Of a stretch of 64,000 nt of DNA, positions 10,856 to 22,500 are shown piece by piece; within the stretch, counting starts at the first letter, position 1, and each line of letters opens with the position of its first letter. This DNA is from Mayamaea pseudoterrestris. Lineage: Eukaryota. Position numbers and translations under genes: made by a program. The notes beneath the pieces were generated by a model. The model had not been told where the DNA came from. It saw only the letters and a list, made by a program, of their open reading frames with translations, and did no database searches. The DNA is taken from positions 62,001 to 126,000 of the forward strand of contig BROI01000026.1 of the NCBI GenBank assembly GCA_027923505.1, given 5' to 3'.

Positions 10856-11812
10856 CTACCATCGAAAACCTAACTTGTTTAACATTGCTTCCCGCTCATC
10901 CGTCAGTGGCGTTAGCTTGCCTTGTCGCTTGGCGCGGCCCTGCTTTCGCTGCCGTATACACCAGGCACCTAACGCACCGTTTTGCCTCTTCGACGGCATG
11001 GCGCCAAACCTTTGAGAGGCGCGTTGAAACTCCACCAACTCTCCGTAGCTCGCTAGCCATCTTGCATCTAGAGCGTTCCATTTGAAATCAAGTTGCTCGA
11101 GGCGCTGAATGCGCTCCTCCGTCATTTGGGTCTTGGGGTCGTTTCGTTGTAACAACTCATAGTGTTTTCGCTGCATACTGACCCATATGCCCAGCCGCCG
11201 GTTTGGTGCAAAGTCGATTGGCACGAGAGTATGCTGATGGTTATTGTAAAACTCCTGCAAGGCTTGATACATGCGATTCCAAGAGGCATTTCTTCGTTCC
11301 CATACAAATCCAATTGAGTTAAGCAAGCGAATGCGTTCGGCCGTTGCTTGCGCGTGTTTGTTCTGTAAAATCTGCCCTAAACCTTGCTTGTCTCCATGTT
11401 CCTCCTGTAGCGCCTTTAGTTTTCGTTGGTATTTGGTGTACATTTGTTGTTGGCTCCGGCACCATGCGTGTAATACGTTTGTATCATTCACCTCCAATAT
11501 CTCCGCGTATTTTACATCTGAGGGAAAGCAACCATTTTGTTTGACATAATCTTGGAGCTGCTTAAATCGATCCTCCCAAGAAACTTTTGTAACTGGACCG
11601 GAAGGAAGGGCTTGCGTCGTTGCTGGAATCTGTTCCGTGACGGCATCTGAAAAGTGAACAACGTCATCGTCGGAAAGCAATGGTTGCCTCGATGAATTGA
11701 AGCGGGCTTGATATTTACTATAAGAATTGTGCGATGTAGATATTAAGCTTCCAGCAAGGCAGCGAGTGATTCGAGGTGAAGTGATGGTCCGAAGCAGCGG
11801 TCGAAGCGCCAT
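10856..11812 (-). CDS. Helicase-associated (HA) repeat protein, mitochondrial-type presequence
   Basis: Three repeats of W..(R/M)..L..(F/Y)...L..W...QR...ER...L..(I/L)(G/D)F.W; Arg/Ser-rich N-terminus. Confidence 0.88.
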   Translation of the reverse strand: MALRPLLRTITSPRITRCLAGSLISTSHNSYSKYQARFNSSRQPLLSDDDVVHFSDAVTEQIPATTQALPSGPVTKVSWEDRFKQLQDYVKQNGCFPSDVKYAEILEVNDTNVLHAWCRSQQQMYTKYQRKLKALQEEHGDKQGLGQILQNKHAQATAERIRLLNSIGFVWERRNASWNRMYQALQEFYNNHQHTLVPIDFAPNRRLGIWVSMQRKHYELLQRNDPKTQMTEERIQRLEQLDFKWNALDARWLASYGELVEFQRASQRFGAMPSKRQNGALGAWCIRQRKQGRAKRQGKLTPLTDEREAMLNKLGFRW

Positions 11813-12017
11813 GGTTAAAATTGTTGTGCGAACGAACAGTCAACGACGGTTGTCGTAACGCGACTGGATTACCAGAGTACCATTCCGACAACAAAGCACA
11901 TCGGGCGCGTCAGGCTAGCTATGTAACTCCCGGTGCTATAATGGCTAATGACCGGAATGCTACTAACAAGAATATAGATGTTACGGTTAACAGGAACTAG
12001 AAGGTTGTACACAAGCA

Positions 12018-13436
12018 CTACAGAAGTCGCTTTCGGACCCGACGAATCTTTTCGCCACTGCACAATGTTTTTGCATCCTCGGCCTGCTTTTGCTTCTGCT
12101 GCTGCTGATATTTTTCAATCAGCTTGCAAACGAACAGCATTGATTGAGCTCGTAGTGGCGAGTCGGCGCCTGTTTCAAGGCAAACAAGATCCTGGGCCAA
12201 CACGTCAAGGCAGCGCTCCTGTAAGCTAGAAATGGATGTGACGAACGTTTCGCCGCCGTGCAGCTCGCGCTCCTTCTCCAGCAACGGCCACGCAGCTTCC
12301 TTGGCAACCGTTGGTAGCGACTGTACAGATGTTAACAAGCCAAACAACTCCTTGTCGACCGTATGCGTCTTGCAAAACAAAGCGACAATCTGACTGGGGC
12401 GAAGGATGGTCTGCGGGACGCTCTTTGTAAGCTCAAGCAGTTTCATCAGCGTCGACAAGTCGCTCGCAGCGACCAGCTCTGTGACAAGCTCGTCCAATCT
12501 GTCACCTTTTAGTCTCTCACAATTATTCTTCAGAAACGCCAACACAGCCTCCACAACGGGATGAATGCCCCGCGGCAAAGCAACGCGAAGCAATTCCGCG
12601 CAATCCTCTTCGCGCATACAATGTGTCCAGCTGTATCGAATGTTTTGGGCAAGACGGGACACCTGGAAGTAATCTGCTAGCCAATACAAGTATGGCGTAC
12701 CAGCAAAGCAGACGGCTTTGAACATGGCTTCTGCTCCACCTTTGGAATAGTGCAAGTACATGTAGTCAAGCAACATTGGAACACAAAAGGCAGTCTTTGC
12801 ATCCAGCTCAATGCGACTCATGTTCTGCGAGTCTTCGACATAACCTTGCCCCTCTTTATTTGCCGCGCTGAAAAGCCCGTCGAAATACTTGCTCGCACTT
12901 GCAAGAATGACCTTGTGGCAATGATATTCACGAATCGCCACAACGCCATTTTCTTCATAACAAAACTCGAGTTTGTAGTCAGAGTAACTCTCATCTGGAG
13001 CATGACGCCAGTCGAGGACCTTGTCGTCTCCGTGAAACAATATTGGAAGGTTACCAAATAGATCTTGCAGGGGCCACCATCCTCTTGTAGGAGGCATATC
13101 GTCGAAAGGAGTCCCGTAGCAGATGTAAAAGGACAGTTCCGTACCGCAAGAAATGGTCCAGCGGACGGCGTGCCTGCGATCGGCAGGGAGCCGTACAAGC
13201 TCAAAACTGACGCCTCTTCCACCCAATTGCCCGATCTTCTCGTAGAATGGATAGGAAGTTCCTTTCATGTCAGTTCGTTTCCCGATGAGTGCATAGGTTC
13301 CATTGACAGCGTCAACAGATGCACCAAACACTGTGATTGAAGCCGCTGGATGTTCTCGCATCGTAAGAATTTGCTTCGCCTCCTCCAGACGCAACTTTGG
13401 CTTGTGACTTTGTAACACAGAGGAGCGTTGGTTCAT
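12018..13436 (-). CDS. BTB/POZ-domain protein
   Basis: YSDYKL...YHCHKVILASASKYFDGLF...LLDYMY...LADYFQV. Start uncertain (ORF extends to 13511). Confidence 0.82.
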   Translation of the reverse strand: MNQRSSVLQSHKPKLRLEEAKQILTMREHPAASITVFGASVDAVNGTYALIGKRTDMKGTSYPFYEKIGQLGGRGVSFELVRLPADRRHAVRWTISCGTELSFYICYGTPFDDMPPTRGWWPLQDLFGNLPILFHGDDKVLDWRHAPDESYSDYKLEFCYEENGVVAIREYHCHKVILASASKYFDGLFSAANKEGQGYVEDSQNMSRIELDAKTAFCVPMLLDYMYLHYSKGGAEAMFKAVCFAGTPYLYWLADYFQVSRLAQNIRYSWTHCMREEDCAELLRVALPRGIHPVVEAVLAFLKNNCERLKGDRLDELVTELVAASDLSTLMKLLELTKSVPQTILRPSQIVALFCKTHTVDKELFGLLTSVQSLPTVAKEAAWPLLEKERELHGGETFVTSISSLQERCLDVLAQDLVCLETGADSPLRAQSMLFVCKLIEKYQQQQKQKQAEDAKTLCSGEKIRRVRKRLL

Positions 13437-13664
13437 GTCCGGTGCGTGGATGTTTTGGAAAGCGTGTAAACATTCTCGTTGCGAAAATCGAGTGTGCATG
13501 TCGTAACGCAATTTGACATTACCGGTGCGACGAGAGTGCGTGACGCACTCTTCATCGATTCGTTCGTTCGTTCCGACGTGACAACCATTAGACTGCTTCG
13601 ACTGCCCTCATTTATTTCTATCCACAAAGGCGCATTCATTCATTCAAATCTCTTCATTGTCAGG

Positions 13665-15615
13665 ATGTTCACTCCTAGTAGAGCAGCTGCAACAAGGGTC
13701 GCTCGTGCGATTAGGAGGCATAATGCAGCAGCAAGTAGCAGTCACAGCTCGTTTCTTTTGCATTGTCGCTACAAGTCGACTGCACAGGATCATGAGGAAA
13801 CATCCGTCGACTTTGAATACGTGTTAAACAAGGACGGAGACGTTCAAAAGCAAAGCAAGCAACAGTTGCATGCAGCGCAGGAAATCGTTTCCTTTCCAAC
13901 CGATCAAGACGTTGCTGGACAGCCAGTGCTGCTCAATGCCAAGGAGCATGTGATTGGCTACTTGTCGCGCATTCTGAATGCACGAGTCTACGAGGCAGCG
14001 GTCGAAACGCAACTGCAGTATGCGACAAACTTGAGTGCTGTAAGTAAATGTTGATCATACATAGTTTGTTCGCTGTGGAAACATGCGAATGGACTTGCAG
14101 GCTGTACGATTTGTCCTCACTTTGAATTCTCGTATCAAACTCTCTCATCACATACAGCAACTGAAAAACAATGTATACTTTAAGCGCGAAGACATGCAAC
14201 CAGTCTTCTCCTTTAAAATCAGAGGCGCTTACAACAAAATGACTCATTTGACGCAGACGGAACTTGATCGCGGCGTCGTTGCTTGCTCGGCTGGCAACCA
14301 CGCCCAAGGCGTGGCACTGTCGGCCCGCATGCTTGGCTGTCGCGCCATTATTGTCATGCCACTGGCCACGCCAAGCATCAAGGTCAATGCCGTGCGGAAC
14401 CATGGAGGACCAACTGTGGAAGTTCGATTGTTTGGAAATACCTATGATGACGCAGCCGCCGAAGCCAAGCGACTGCAGGAGGAGGAAAAGCTGACCTTTG
14501 TTCATCCCTTTGATGATCCATACGTCATTGCTGGACAAGGGACCATTGGAATGGAAATTTTGAAACAAAGTGTTGGGCGACCACTTGATGTTATTTTTGT
14601 TTGCTGTGGTGGTGGAGGCTTGCTGGCGGGAGTGGCCGCCTACGTGAAGCGAGTTCGACCTCATGTCAAGGTGATTGGCGTCGAGGCGGAGGATGCAGCC
14701 GGCATGACGGCGTCGCTAAAGGCAGGCAAGGTTGTTTCACTGCCAGGAGTTGGGTTGTTTGCCGATGGCGCTGCCGTCAAGACTGTCGGACAGGAAACCT
14801 TTCGCGTCTGTAAAATGCTAGTGGACGATATGATCACAGTCAGCACGGACGAACTTTGCAGTGCCATTAAGCTGGCTTACAATGATGCTCGCGTCGTCCT
14901 GGAGCCAGCTGGTGCACTTGCCGTGGCAGGGTTGAAAAAGTATGTCAAGGAGAACGAAATTTCGGGCCAAACCATGGTGGCAATCACATCCGGAGCAAAC
15001 ATGGATTTTGATCGGCTCCGATTCGTGTCGGAGCGGGCCGACGCATCGGAGCGGACTCTGGCAGTTACGATTCCAGAAACGGCGGGTACCTTTCGAGCAC
15101 TGTACAGCTTGATTTGGCCGAGAAATGTGACCGAGTTCTCCTATCGCTTCAATAATCACGGCGACGGCGAAGCACACATTTTCATATCCTTCCAACCTGT
15201 CATGAATATTGAGAATGACTTTGGCGCCGTCATGCATAATTTGGAAGAGAATGGGTTTGCCTGCATTGATCTGACGCACAATGAGCTTGCAAAAGTGCAT
15301 GTTCGACACTTGGCTGGTGGTCGTTCCGCCGTTCCGAATGAGCGACTCTTTCGCTTCGAGTTTCCAGAGTCACCAGGTGCGCTGCAAAGATTCTTGCTGA
15401 GCCTCGACATGTCTTGGAACGTTAGTTTGTTTCATTATCGAAACCACGGTGATGACTTTGGTCGCGTCCTTGTCGGCATTCAGGTTCCTCCATCGTGCGA
15501 AGACCGCGTTCCGCCGTTTTTGAACAATCTTGGCTACAGCTACGTTGAAGAGACGCAAAACCCAGCATACCAATACTTTTTGCGGCCCACGGGCGACACT
15601 AGTCACAAAGACTAG
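13665..15615 (+). CDS. ilvA: Threonine ammonia-lyase (biosynthetic threonine deaminase); intron 14040-14157
   Basis: KREDMQPVFSFKIRGAYN (PLP lysine), SAGNHAQG, CGGGGL, SGANMDFDRLRF and two regulatory ACT-like domains. GTAAGT...ACAG intron restores the frame. Organellar presequence. Confidence 0.96.
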
Positions 15616-15759
15616 GTCGATGACAATAATTGATACATTTTGTGCATTCAGGCATGCTCTAGTTAATGTAAACCACGAATTCACTGTTGATGCGGGTAGG
15701 ATGCAACGACTAACGATGATAAATCATATCTCTGTCATTCTGCAAATTACTTTATTCAT

Positions 15760-17119
15760 TTAAATTTCATATAGGACTTTTCCCTTGCTCTTTCCGGCCT
15801 CCAAATAAATGTGACCCTCCGCTGCTTGATCAAGTGGAAAGGTCGTGTCGACCGACACCTTGAGCTTGCCATCCTGCAGCCACCCAAAGATTTCATTCGC
15901 TCGCCACACGAGCTCCTCTCGCGTGACGGTGTAATCCAGCAGCTTGGGACGCGTCACATACGCCGACTTGCCAATGAGTCGCAAGACTGGAAAGGCAGGA
16001 ACGGCACCAGACGCATTACCAAAGGAGATGAAGATTCCTCTTCGGGCCAGCGAATCAATGGAAATGTCAACCGTCGCCTTGCCAATGCCGTCAATCACGC
16101 ACTTGACGCCGTCACCATTGGTAATCTCCTTGATGCGGCCAACAACGTCCACCGACTCATAGTCTTCGTAGCTCGTTCCAGCCACCTCATCCAGCAAGAT
16201 AAGCTCATCACATCCCAGTGACTCGGCAATATCAGCCTTGCCTTTTGGCGCCGTTCCAATAACCTTGAAGCCGCGCAGCTTGGCCATTTGCGCCGCCCAC
16301 TGGCAGGTACCTCCCGCAACTCCATGAATCAAGCACCATTCACCCTCCTTGATCAAGTTGGCATGCGCACTACTCGTCAAGTAATGCGCCGTCATGCCTT
16401 GCACAACGCACGAGGTTGCCACATCCAAGCCAACATCTTCCGGAACCGGCAATAGCTTGCTCGCCGGAACTGCCGTATACTCGGCGTACGATCCAAAGAC
16501 ACTGTAGGCGACGCGGTCACCAATTTGAATGCCTTGCGCGGCAGCTTCGTCACTGACGGCAGCCACCAAACCGCCTCCCTCCTGGCCGCCAACGAACGGA
16601 AGATCGCGAGCATACAATCCCTTGCGATGGTACGTGTCGATAAAGTTGATTCCGGAATATTCGTTGCGGACCAAGACGCCGCCCTTGGGCAAAGCTGGTG
16701 TGGGATAGTCGGTTTCAACCTTGAGTACGTGGGCGTCGCCAGTTTCGCGAATGACTGCGGCCTAATGATGGAGAATTGTGATGATGATTAAGGATAGAAG
16801 GAAGATGTTGAGAGAAGTTGTTTCATTGCGACGCAAGAAAAAGAACATATGAATGAGCCGCACAAGGCCTTGCATCGACACGCTAAGCATTCCTTCTAAT
16901 GATGGATGTCTGTCATCACGTCTGCCTTGCCTTCTCCAGCAGTCAAATTCTCCAGTGCGGAATTCTTATGCAATCCTCGAAACAAGCAAAGGAAAATGCC
17001 GCGTTTTGCTGCCTCTACGCTACACTACTCACCTTCATGGTTGCTGGAATGGTCGATGCCGACATCATGCGACTGCTGACAGCTCGAGAACTGCGAGAGA
17101 GTGCTGCTGCGGCGAACAT
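15760..17119 (-). CDS. NADPH:quinone oxidoreductase (zeta-crystallin/Qor family); intron 16762-17032
   Basis: GINFIDTYHRKGLY, GQEGGG, QGMTAHYL, FGNASG, VTRPKL. Exon 1 MFAAAALSRSSRAVSSRMMS...MK|GTGAGT splices to AAVIRETG. Confidence 0.92.
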
Positions 17120-17408
17120 ACTGCTACTAGTATGTATGGTTGCAGTAGTTAAAGATAATGGAATGGTCCTTCGTTCCTTGCTTGGTGGAACGGCGCGAGG
17201 AAGGGATGATCAAAAATCGCTCATGGTGGAGGAGCGCGGCGGTCGAATGACGTACTCGGGACTTGTCTGTCGTGACTGAAACATCCCAATGGGAAACGTC
17301 AGTGAAAACCTCATTGAATCGTTCCGTTACTCGCTTGCGACCACAAAATTTTGAATGCGTCGCTCACTTTTTCTTTCGTTTACTGCTCCTCATTCAATTC
17401 ATTACAGT

Positions 17409-19280
17409 ATGACGAGCGCGACTCCACCAGAGGAGATTGAGCGACAGCATCAGGCTGCTATCAAAGTAGCGCAACAGCCTCCAATTTACGCGAAACCGCC
17501 GCTGCTAGTGGAGGAAATTCCGCTGCGATGCAAAGTCAAGCGAAAAGCGCCAATAGATAATGTTCCACCAAATGCAAACGACGACATGAATGACACCGAC
17601 GCAGGCCCATGTTGGAGCTCACGGGGCCATGTAGATGTTTCGGAAATTGCAGAATTTTTACGAGAAGGGTACGATGATATCAACAAGCCGCCGCCGACAG
17701 CATCGTCGTCGTCGAGCAGCAGTGGCGAGGATGAGAAAAAGTCATCCGATGAATACGCAACGACTTCTGTCTCTCCTACAAACCTTTGGAACGCTTCCAA
17801 TGCTAGCAAGTACAATGTGTCAGTGCGACGACCCTCGCACGATGCATGGGGCATTGGAAAAGTCATGCTCGTCTTCGCCGACGACTTTTTGCAAACAACC
17901 TACGAGTTTCCATACTACACCAAGTTTCGAAAGGCGTTGAAACCTATACTTGAAGTGTTGCAGATTCAGGAATTTCAAATTGTGCGACTGCTGTTTGCTT
18001 CGCTGCCGCCGGGTGTCACCATTCCCGTTCATCAAGACTCGGGCATGTGGGTGCGGCAGACGCATCGAGTCCATGTCCCAATACTTGTCAATGATCCGTC
18101 GCGCGTCGTCTTTACGTGCGGGCATGCAATCGAATTTATGCAACGAATACATTGTCAACCAGGTCATGTATTTGAAATCAACAATCAATCATATCATGCT
18201 GTGAGCAACTGTGACGAGAAGCATCGAGTGCACATGATACTCGACTACATGGATGCAACGGCGACACTTCCGCAACGCATTCTACTCAAGCCACACCAAG
18301 TGTTGCTGCAGACGCGGCGATCCATTGACTTGCTCGAGCGCAAGGGACAGCGGCCAACGCCGTCATTTATCATTTTGGGCGCCCAAAAGGCTGGCACGAC
18401 GAGTCTGTTTGAATACTTGATGCAGCATCCATTGATTGTTTCGCCAAAACGACGAGAAACTCATTTGTTTGATTGGCGGTGGATTAGTGAAGTGACAAAG
18501 ATAAAGCAACCAACATTGGCGCAAAAACAAACATGGATGCACAAGTTTTTCCACCACGCCGAGCTGGAGCGACATGCAAGTTGCATGACGGGCGACTCGA
18601 CGCCATCCTATCTACTGGACAGTCGGCGCGTCATTCCACGTTTGCGTGAAACGATTACATGGCCGCTCAAATTCTTTGTCATGCTTCGCCATCCAATCAA
18701 GCGGGCAGAGTCGCACTACGCCATGGTGACCAGCACGCAGGGAACCGAGGCGCAACTACATGCGCGCGGCACGGAATGGCGAGACAAGTCGTTTGCGCAA
18801 GTGGTGCGGGAGGAGCTGCTGCGCATGAAGGAGATTGGACTCATTCCATACTTTGACATTGAGAATGGGCTTGTTGATGAAAGCATTTACAACGATTTTG
18901 CGTATACGCAGGAAGAAACTGCTGCGTGGGACCGCTATTTGAAAAACATTCCACTAAACACCGGCTCGCACAGTCTGCTGGGCCGCGGCATGTACGAGCT
19001 CAACCTGCGATCATGGATGAATACGTTTCCGCGCGATCAATTCATGGTGATTCAACTTGAGCGCATGACGACGAACGTGCATGACACGTTGGACGCTGTC
19101 TGGAAGCATTTGCAAATACCGGCGTACGATATCGAAGATGTTGCGCCCAAGAATCAGCGCTCGTACGATCGTATCGCGAACGCTGACATGGAAGCATATC
19201 TGACGCGATTTTATGCGCCGCACAATCGGCGGCTGCGGAAGCTGCTAGGCGAAGAATGGAATGGAGTATGGGAGATGTAA
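17409..19280 (+). CDS. Fusion of aspartyl/asparaginyl beta-hydroxylase-like 2OG-Fe(II) oxygenase and PAPS-dependent sulfotransferase
   Basis: LPPGVTIPVHQDSG (HxD), HRVHVPI, YHAVSN...RVHMILD; then FIILGAQKAGTTSLFEYLMQHP (5'-PSB loop), MLRHPIKRAESHY (3'-PB), FYAPHNRRL. ORF opens at 17355. Confidence 0.88.
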   Translation: MTSATPPEEIERQHQAAIKVAQQPPIYAKPPLLVEEIPLRCKVKRKAPIDNVPPNANDDMNDTDAGPCWSSRGHVDVSEIAEFLREGYDDINKPPPTASSSSSSSGEDEKKSSDEYATTSVSPTNLWNASNASKYNVSVRRPSHDAWGIGKVMLVFADDFLQTTYEFPYYTKFRKALKPILEVLQIQEFQIVRLLFASLPPGVTIPVHQDSGMWVRQTHRVHVPILVNDPSRVVFTCGHAIEFMQRIHCQPGHVFEINNQSYHAVSNCDEKHRVHMILDYMDATATLPQRILLKPHQVLLQTRRSIDLLERKGQRPTPSFIILGAQKAGTTSLFEYLMQHPLIVSPKRRETHLFDWRWISEVTKIKQPTLAQKQTWMHKFFHHAELERHASCMTGDSTPSYLLDSRRVIPRLRETITWPLKFFVMLRHPIKRAESHYAMVTSTQGTEAQLHARGTEWRDKSFAQVVREELLRMKEIGLIPYFDIENGLVDESIYNDFAYTQEETAAWDRYLKNIPLNTGSHSLLGRGMYELNLRSWMNTFPRDQFMVIQLERMTTNVHDTLDAVWKHLQIPAYDIEDVAPKNQRSYDRIANADMEAYLTRFYAPHNRRLRKLLGEEWNGVWEM

Positions 19281-19585
19281 TTTTACGTGCAGCAGTACCG
19301 GTCTATTCTTGAGATTTATGGCGCATCGAGCTGTACTTTATAACGTTATCGAAGTTAAAACACTAATTTTTTTGGTTTGCGTCTGCCACTTTCTAATTTT
19401 CCAGAGCCGCAATTAGAACTGGTTGCGCATCGAATCGTGCTCGGCTATTGGTACGTGACAAGCACTCAAAGTAAAAGCAAGCGCGTAATCTACCATTCAT
19501 GAACACATTACATAACAACAATCAACAGTTGACAATTGCACTCCAATTTTGGACGTAGTGATTGCCTATCAAATGCGTGGCAAAA

Positions 19586-22500
19586 CTATTTAAACCCAAG
19601 CAGCGGGAACACCAGGCTCTTCAGCTCTGCCGGACCGGAACCGCGTGCCTGGCCACCAAGTTGTTCGCGACGGTGAATCTTCCAAAAGCGAACATCAGGC
19701 CTGTCTGAACTTCTCACCTCGCCTTCGTCAACAGGCCATGCAGCGTAAATGTCGTAAAGTTCCTTGACGTAGTCATTTGGATGCCAATCGGCCTTCATTT
19801 TGGCCAAACCATCAGAGAAAAATTCGCAGAGCGTGCGGTACTCTGTTGTCCAGCGTGCCTTGTCAAAAATATTCGTCAGCATAGTCAGCGCTTCCTCGTT
19901 AAGCGCCTTTTTGTCAGCTGTTGCGGCTCGGAGTGCTAACATTTGGGGTAGCTTTTTCTGAAGGAAGGTTTCGATAGGAGCCGGCACTTCCTTATCGAAC
20001 CATACCTTAAGAACTAACCAGATTGCGGCATGGTTGCGATTGACATTCTGACCCTTGGCAATGTATACAAGATCAGCAAACGGATTTCCTTCTGTAAGCT
20101 TCATCGGCATGAAAAACTTTTCTTCATCCGGCCGTACGTTTGAGGTATCGTACACCAACTTTGCAAAGTACTGTATTGCAATGGACTTCTGTTCGCTTTT
20201 GTTTTTTAGTCTCAACTGGGTGTCGTCACTCTTGCTTGCCTGCTGTACATTGGATTTGAGAGGGCCTGTGCGCTGGTTGGCACTGACCGTCCGAAGTGGC
20301 TTCTTCTTCTTGCGACTTCGAGCAGCGGGCTTGGAAGTATCAATTGCACTCTTCCATTCCTTTTTCAACTTCACGACCACATCGTTTATCCCAGAGGCAG
20401 GCGCGCGCAAAGCTCTTTGCTGCTCCGGTTCGACTTTGACTTGACTTCTCGTTTTGGCGTTGTATACGATGCTTTCCTCAAATCTCGTTATAGTACAGCG
20501 CGGCTCAAATTTCTTTTCACGACTGTTCTCGTACCGAACATATATCATGGCGTGAGGATTGTCACTAAGTTGCGTATCGTTTGGGTCAGCGACCATAATA
20601 TGTGCTTGGTGCGGCGTCATCTTGTCTATGTCTTGTCCATGCCAGACATTCACAAACGGGCCCTTGTGTTTCAAAAGCTTTTTATAGGAAATGCAATTTT
20701 CAGCTTGCAATTGTGGTTGCTGTTCCTCAGTCAACATGTGAGCAGGGTACGGAAAATTTAAGGTCGCCATGTCGATCGGTAAGTCATCCGGATCAATGCA
20801 ATCTTCAGCTTGCGATTGTGGTTGCTGTTCCTCAGTCAACATGTGAGCAGGGTACGGAATCTGCAAGGTCGACATGTCGATCGGTAAGTCGTCCGGATCA
20901 ATTGGTAAACTAAGCCGTTGGGCATTCACTGGCTTTGGTTTCGACATGCGTAACATATCGTAAGCGCCGGCGACTGTACCAAGCGCCACATGTCTCGGTG
21001 CACCGTTTTCCTTGTCTGAACTGCAGTCGTCATCCGAAGTAGCACACATCATCTCAGTCTTTCCAGTTTGGTTGTCATCTGCTATCAGGCGATCCACAGA
21101 TTCGCTCATGGGCTCTGAAGATGCCGAATTCTTACCATTGCCTTTTAAGGCAGCGGCTACAGCGACAACATTTTGCTCGACGCATCTCAGCTCGATGTCG
21201 CGTAACTTTTGCGACAACTTTTCAATTTCGGCTTTCTTTCTTGCCGCGAATGCTTTGTAGCGATTGTTCTGAGCATCGAGTTCCACACGCAGCTCATGAT
21301 TTGTCTTGGAAAGCATGACTGCCTTGTCATCACTGGCTTGCTTGGCTATACAGAGGTGATCGTTTTCGACTTTAAGAAGGGCGAGCTCCGCGTTCTTCTG
21401 CTGCAGCGACACGGTAGTATCTGACTCTCGACCCAATTGCAGCTCTTGATTCGCTTTTGCAAGCAAATTTGCCTTGTCATCGCTCGCTTGTTTTGCTTTG
21501 TGAAGCTGATCATTTGCTTCTTGCAATGCAGCAATTTTCTCATCCTTTTGCTGAATAGACAAGGTAATAGCTGCTTTTTGGCCCAATCGCAGCTCTTGAA
21601 TCGCCTTTTCAAGCAAACTTGTCTTTACATCGCTCGCTTGTTTGGCTATGTGAATCTGATCAATAGCCTCTTGCTGTGTGGCGAGCTCTGCATCCTTTTG
21701 CTGCATGGACAAGATCATTTCTTCGAGTCGAACCTTTTGATTTGCAATTTCTAGGCTTCGATCATCTCGGAGCCGGTTGTTTGTGGCATGAAGACTTGTG
21801 ATACTAAGCCGCAGCTCCTCAATGCGTTTCTCAGCAAATTCTTTTTCTGTGCGCAGACGTTTATTAGTGTCTTCAAGCTCCAGCATCTTGATAGACCACT
21901 CAGTTTGCAGCCTGGAGACGAACGCCTCAGCCGCAGCACTTTTTTCGGCATCATCTTCTCCATGAGACATACTCTGTCGCTGCGCGTCGGCTTGCAGCTG
22001 CTGGTTAAGCTTAGAGAGTCGAACTAACTCTAAATTTGTCGCTTCTTTCTCGGCATGTAATTTTTCGGTAATGTCTCGAAGACGGAATATTTCGTCGCCT
22101 CTTGACGGCGCAACCAGATTGGGGCTAGCGGACGGCTCTTGCTCAAAAGGAACCTGCGCTTTGCCTGCCGGAAAGATTGGTTCAGCAGGTTGTCGATTAA
22201 CTTGAGCCCGAGTCTTGATAGTTCTGGCACAGCATGCAAAATCCAGCGTGGACTGCGTTTCCGTCGAGTAGATTTTGGAAGACGAGGCGCAACAAATAAA
22301 GGCCAACCGAGTGTTTCCGGAGAGCGATGGTTGCAGCACGCGAGTAAGCTTGGAGTCTCGATAGTTCAGAAACGGCGTCTCTTCGCCTAGTGCTCGTATG
22401 ACTGTCGAAAGGGCCAAGAGACTAACGATGCGATGAAAGTGAAAGAATGGTTAGAATTCGCAGCTTCAAAATGTTTTCTGATCAGTTCCGAACCTACCTC

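Noticed and set aside
16853..17279. Plus-strand ORFs of 99 and 126 aa
   Set aside because: They overlap exon 1 and the intron of the quinone oxidoreductase on the opposite strand.
1722..19280. Carotenoid or secondary-metabolite gene cluster
   Set aside because: The enzymes are interspersed with unrelated genes and have different predicted compartments.
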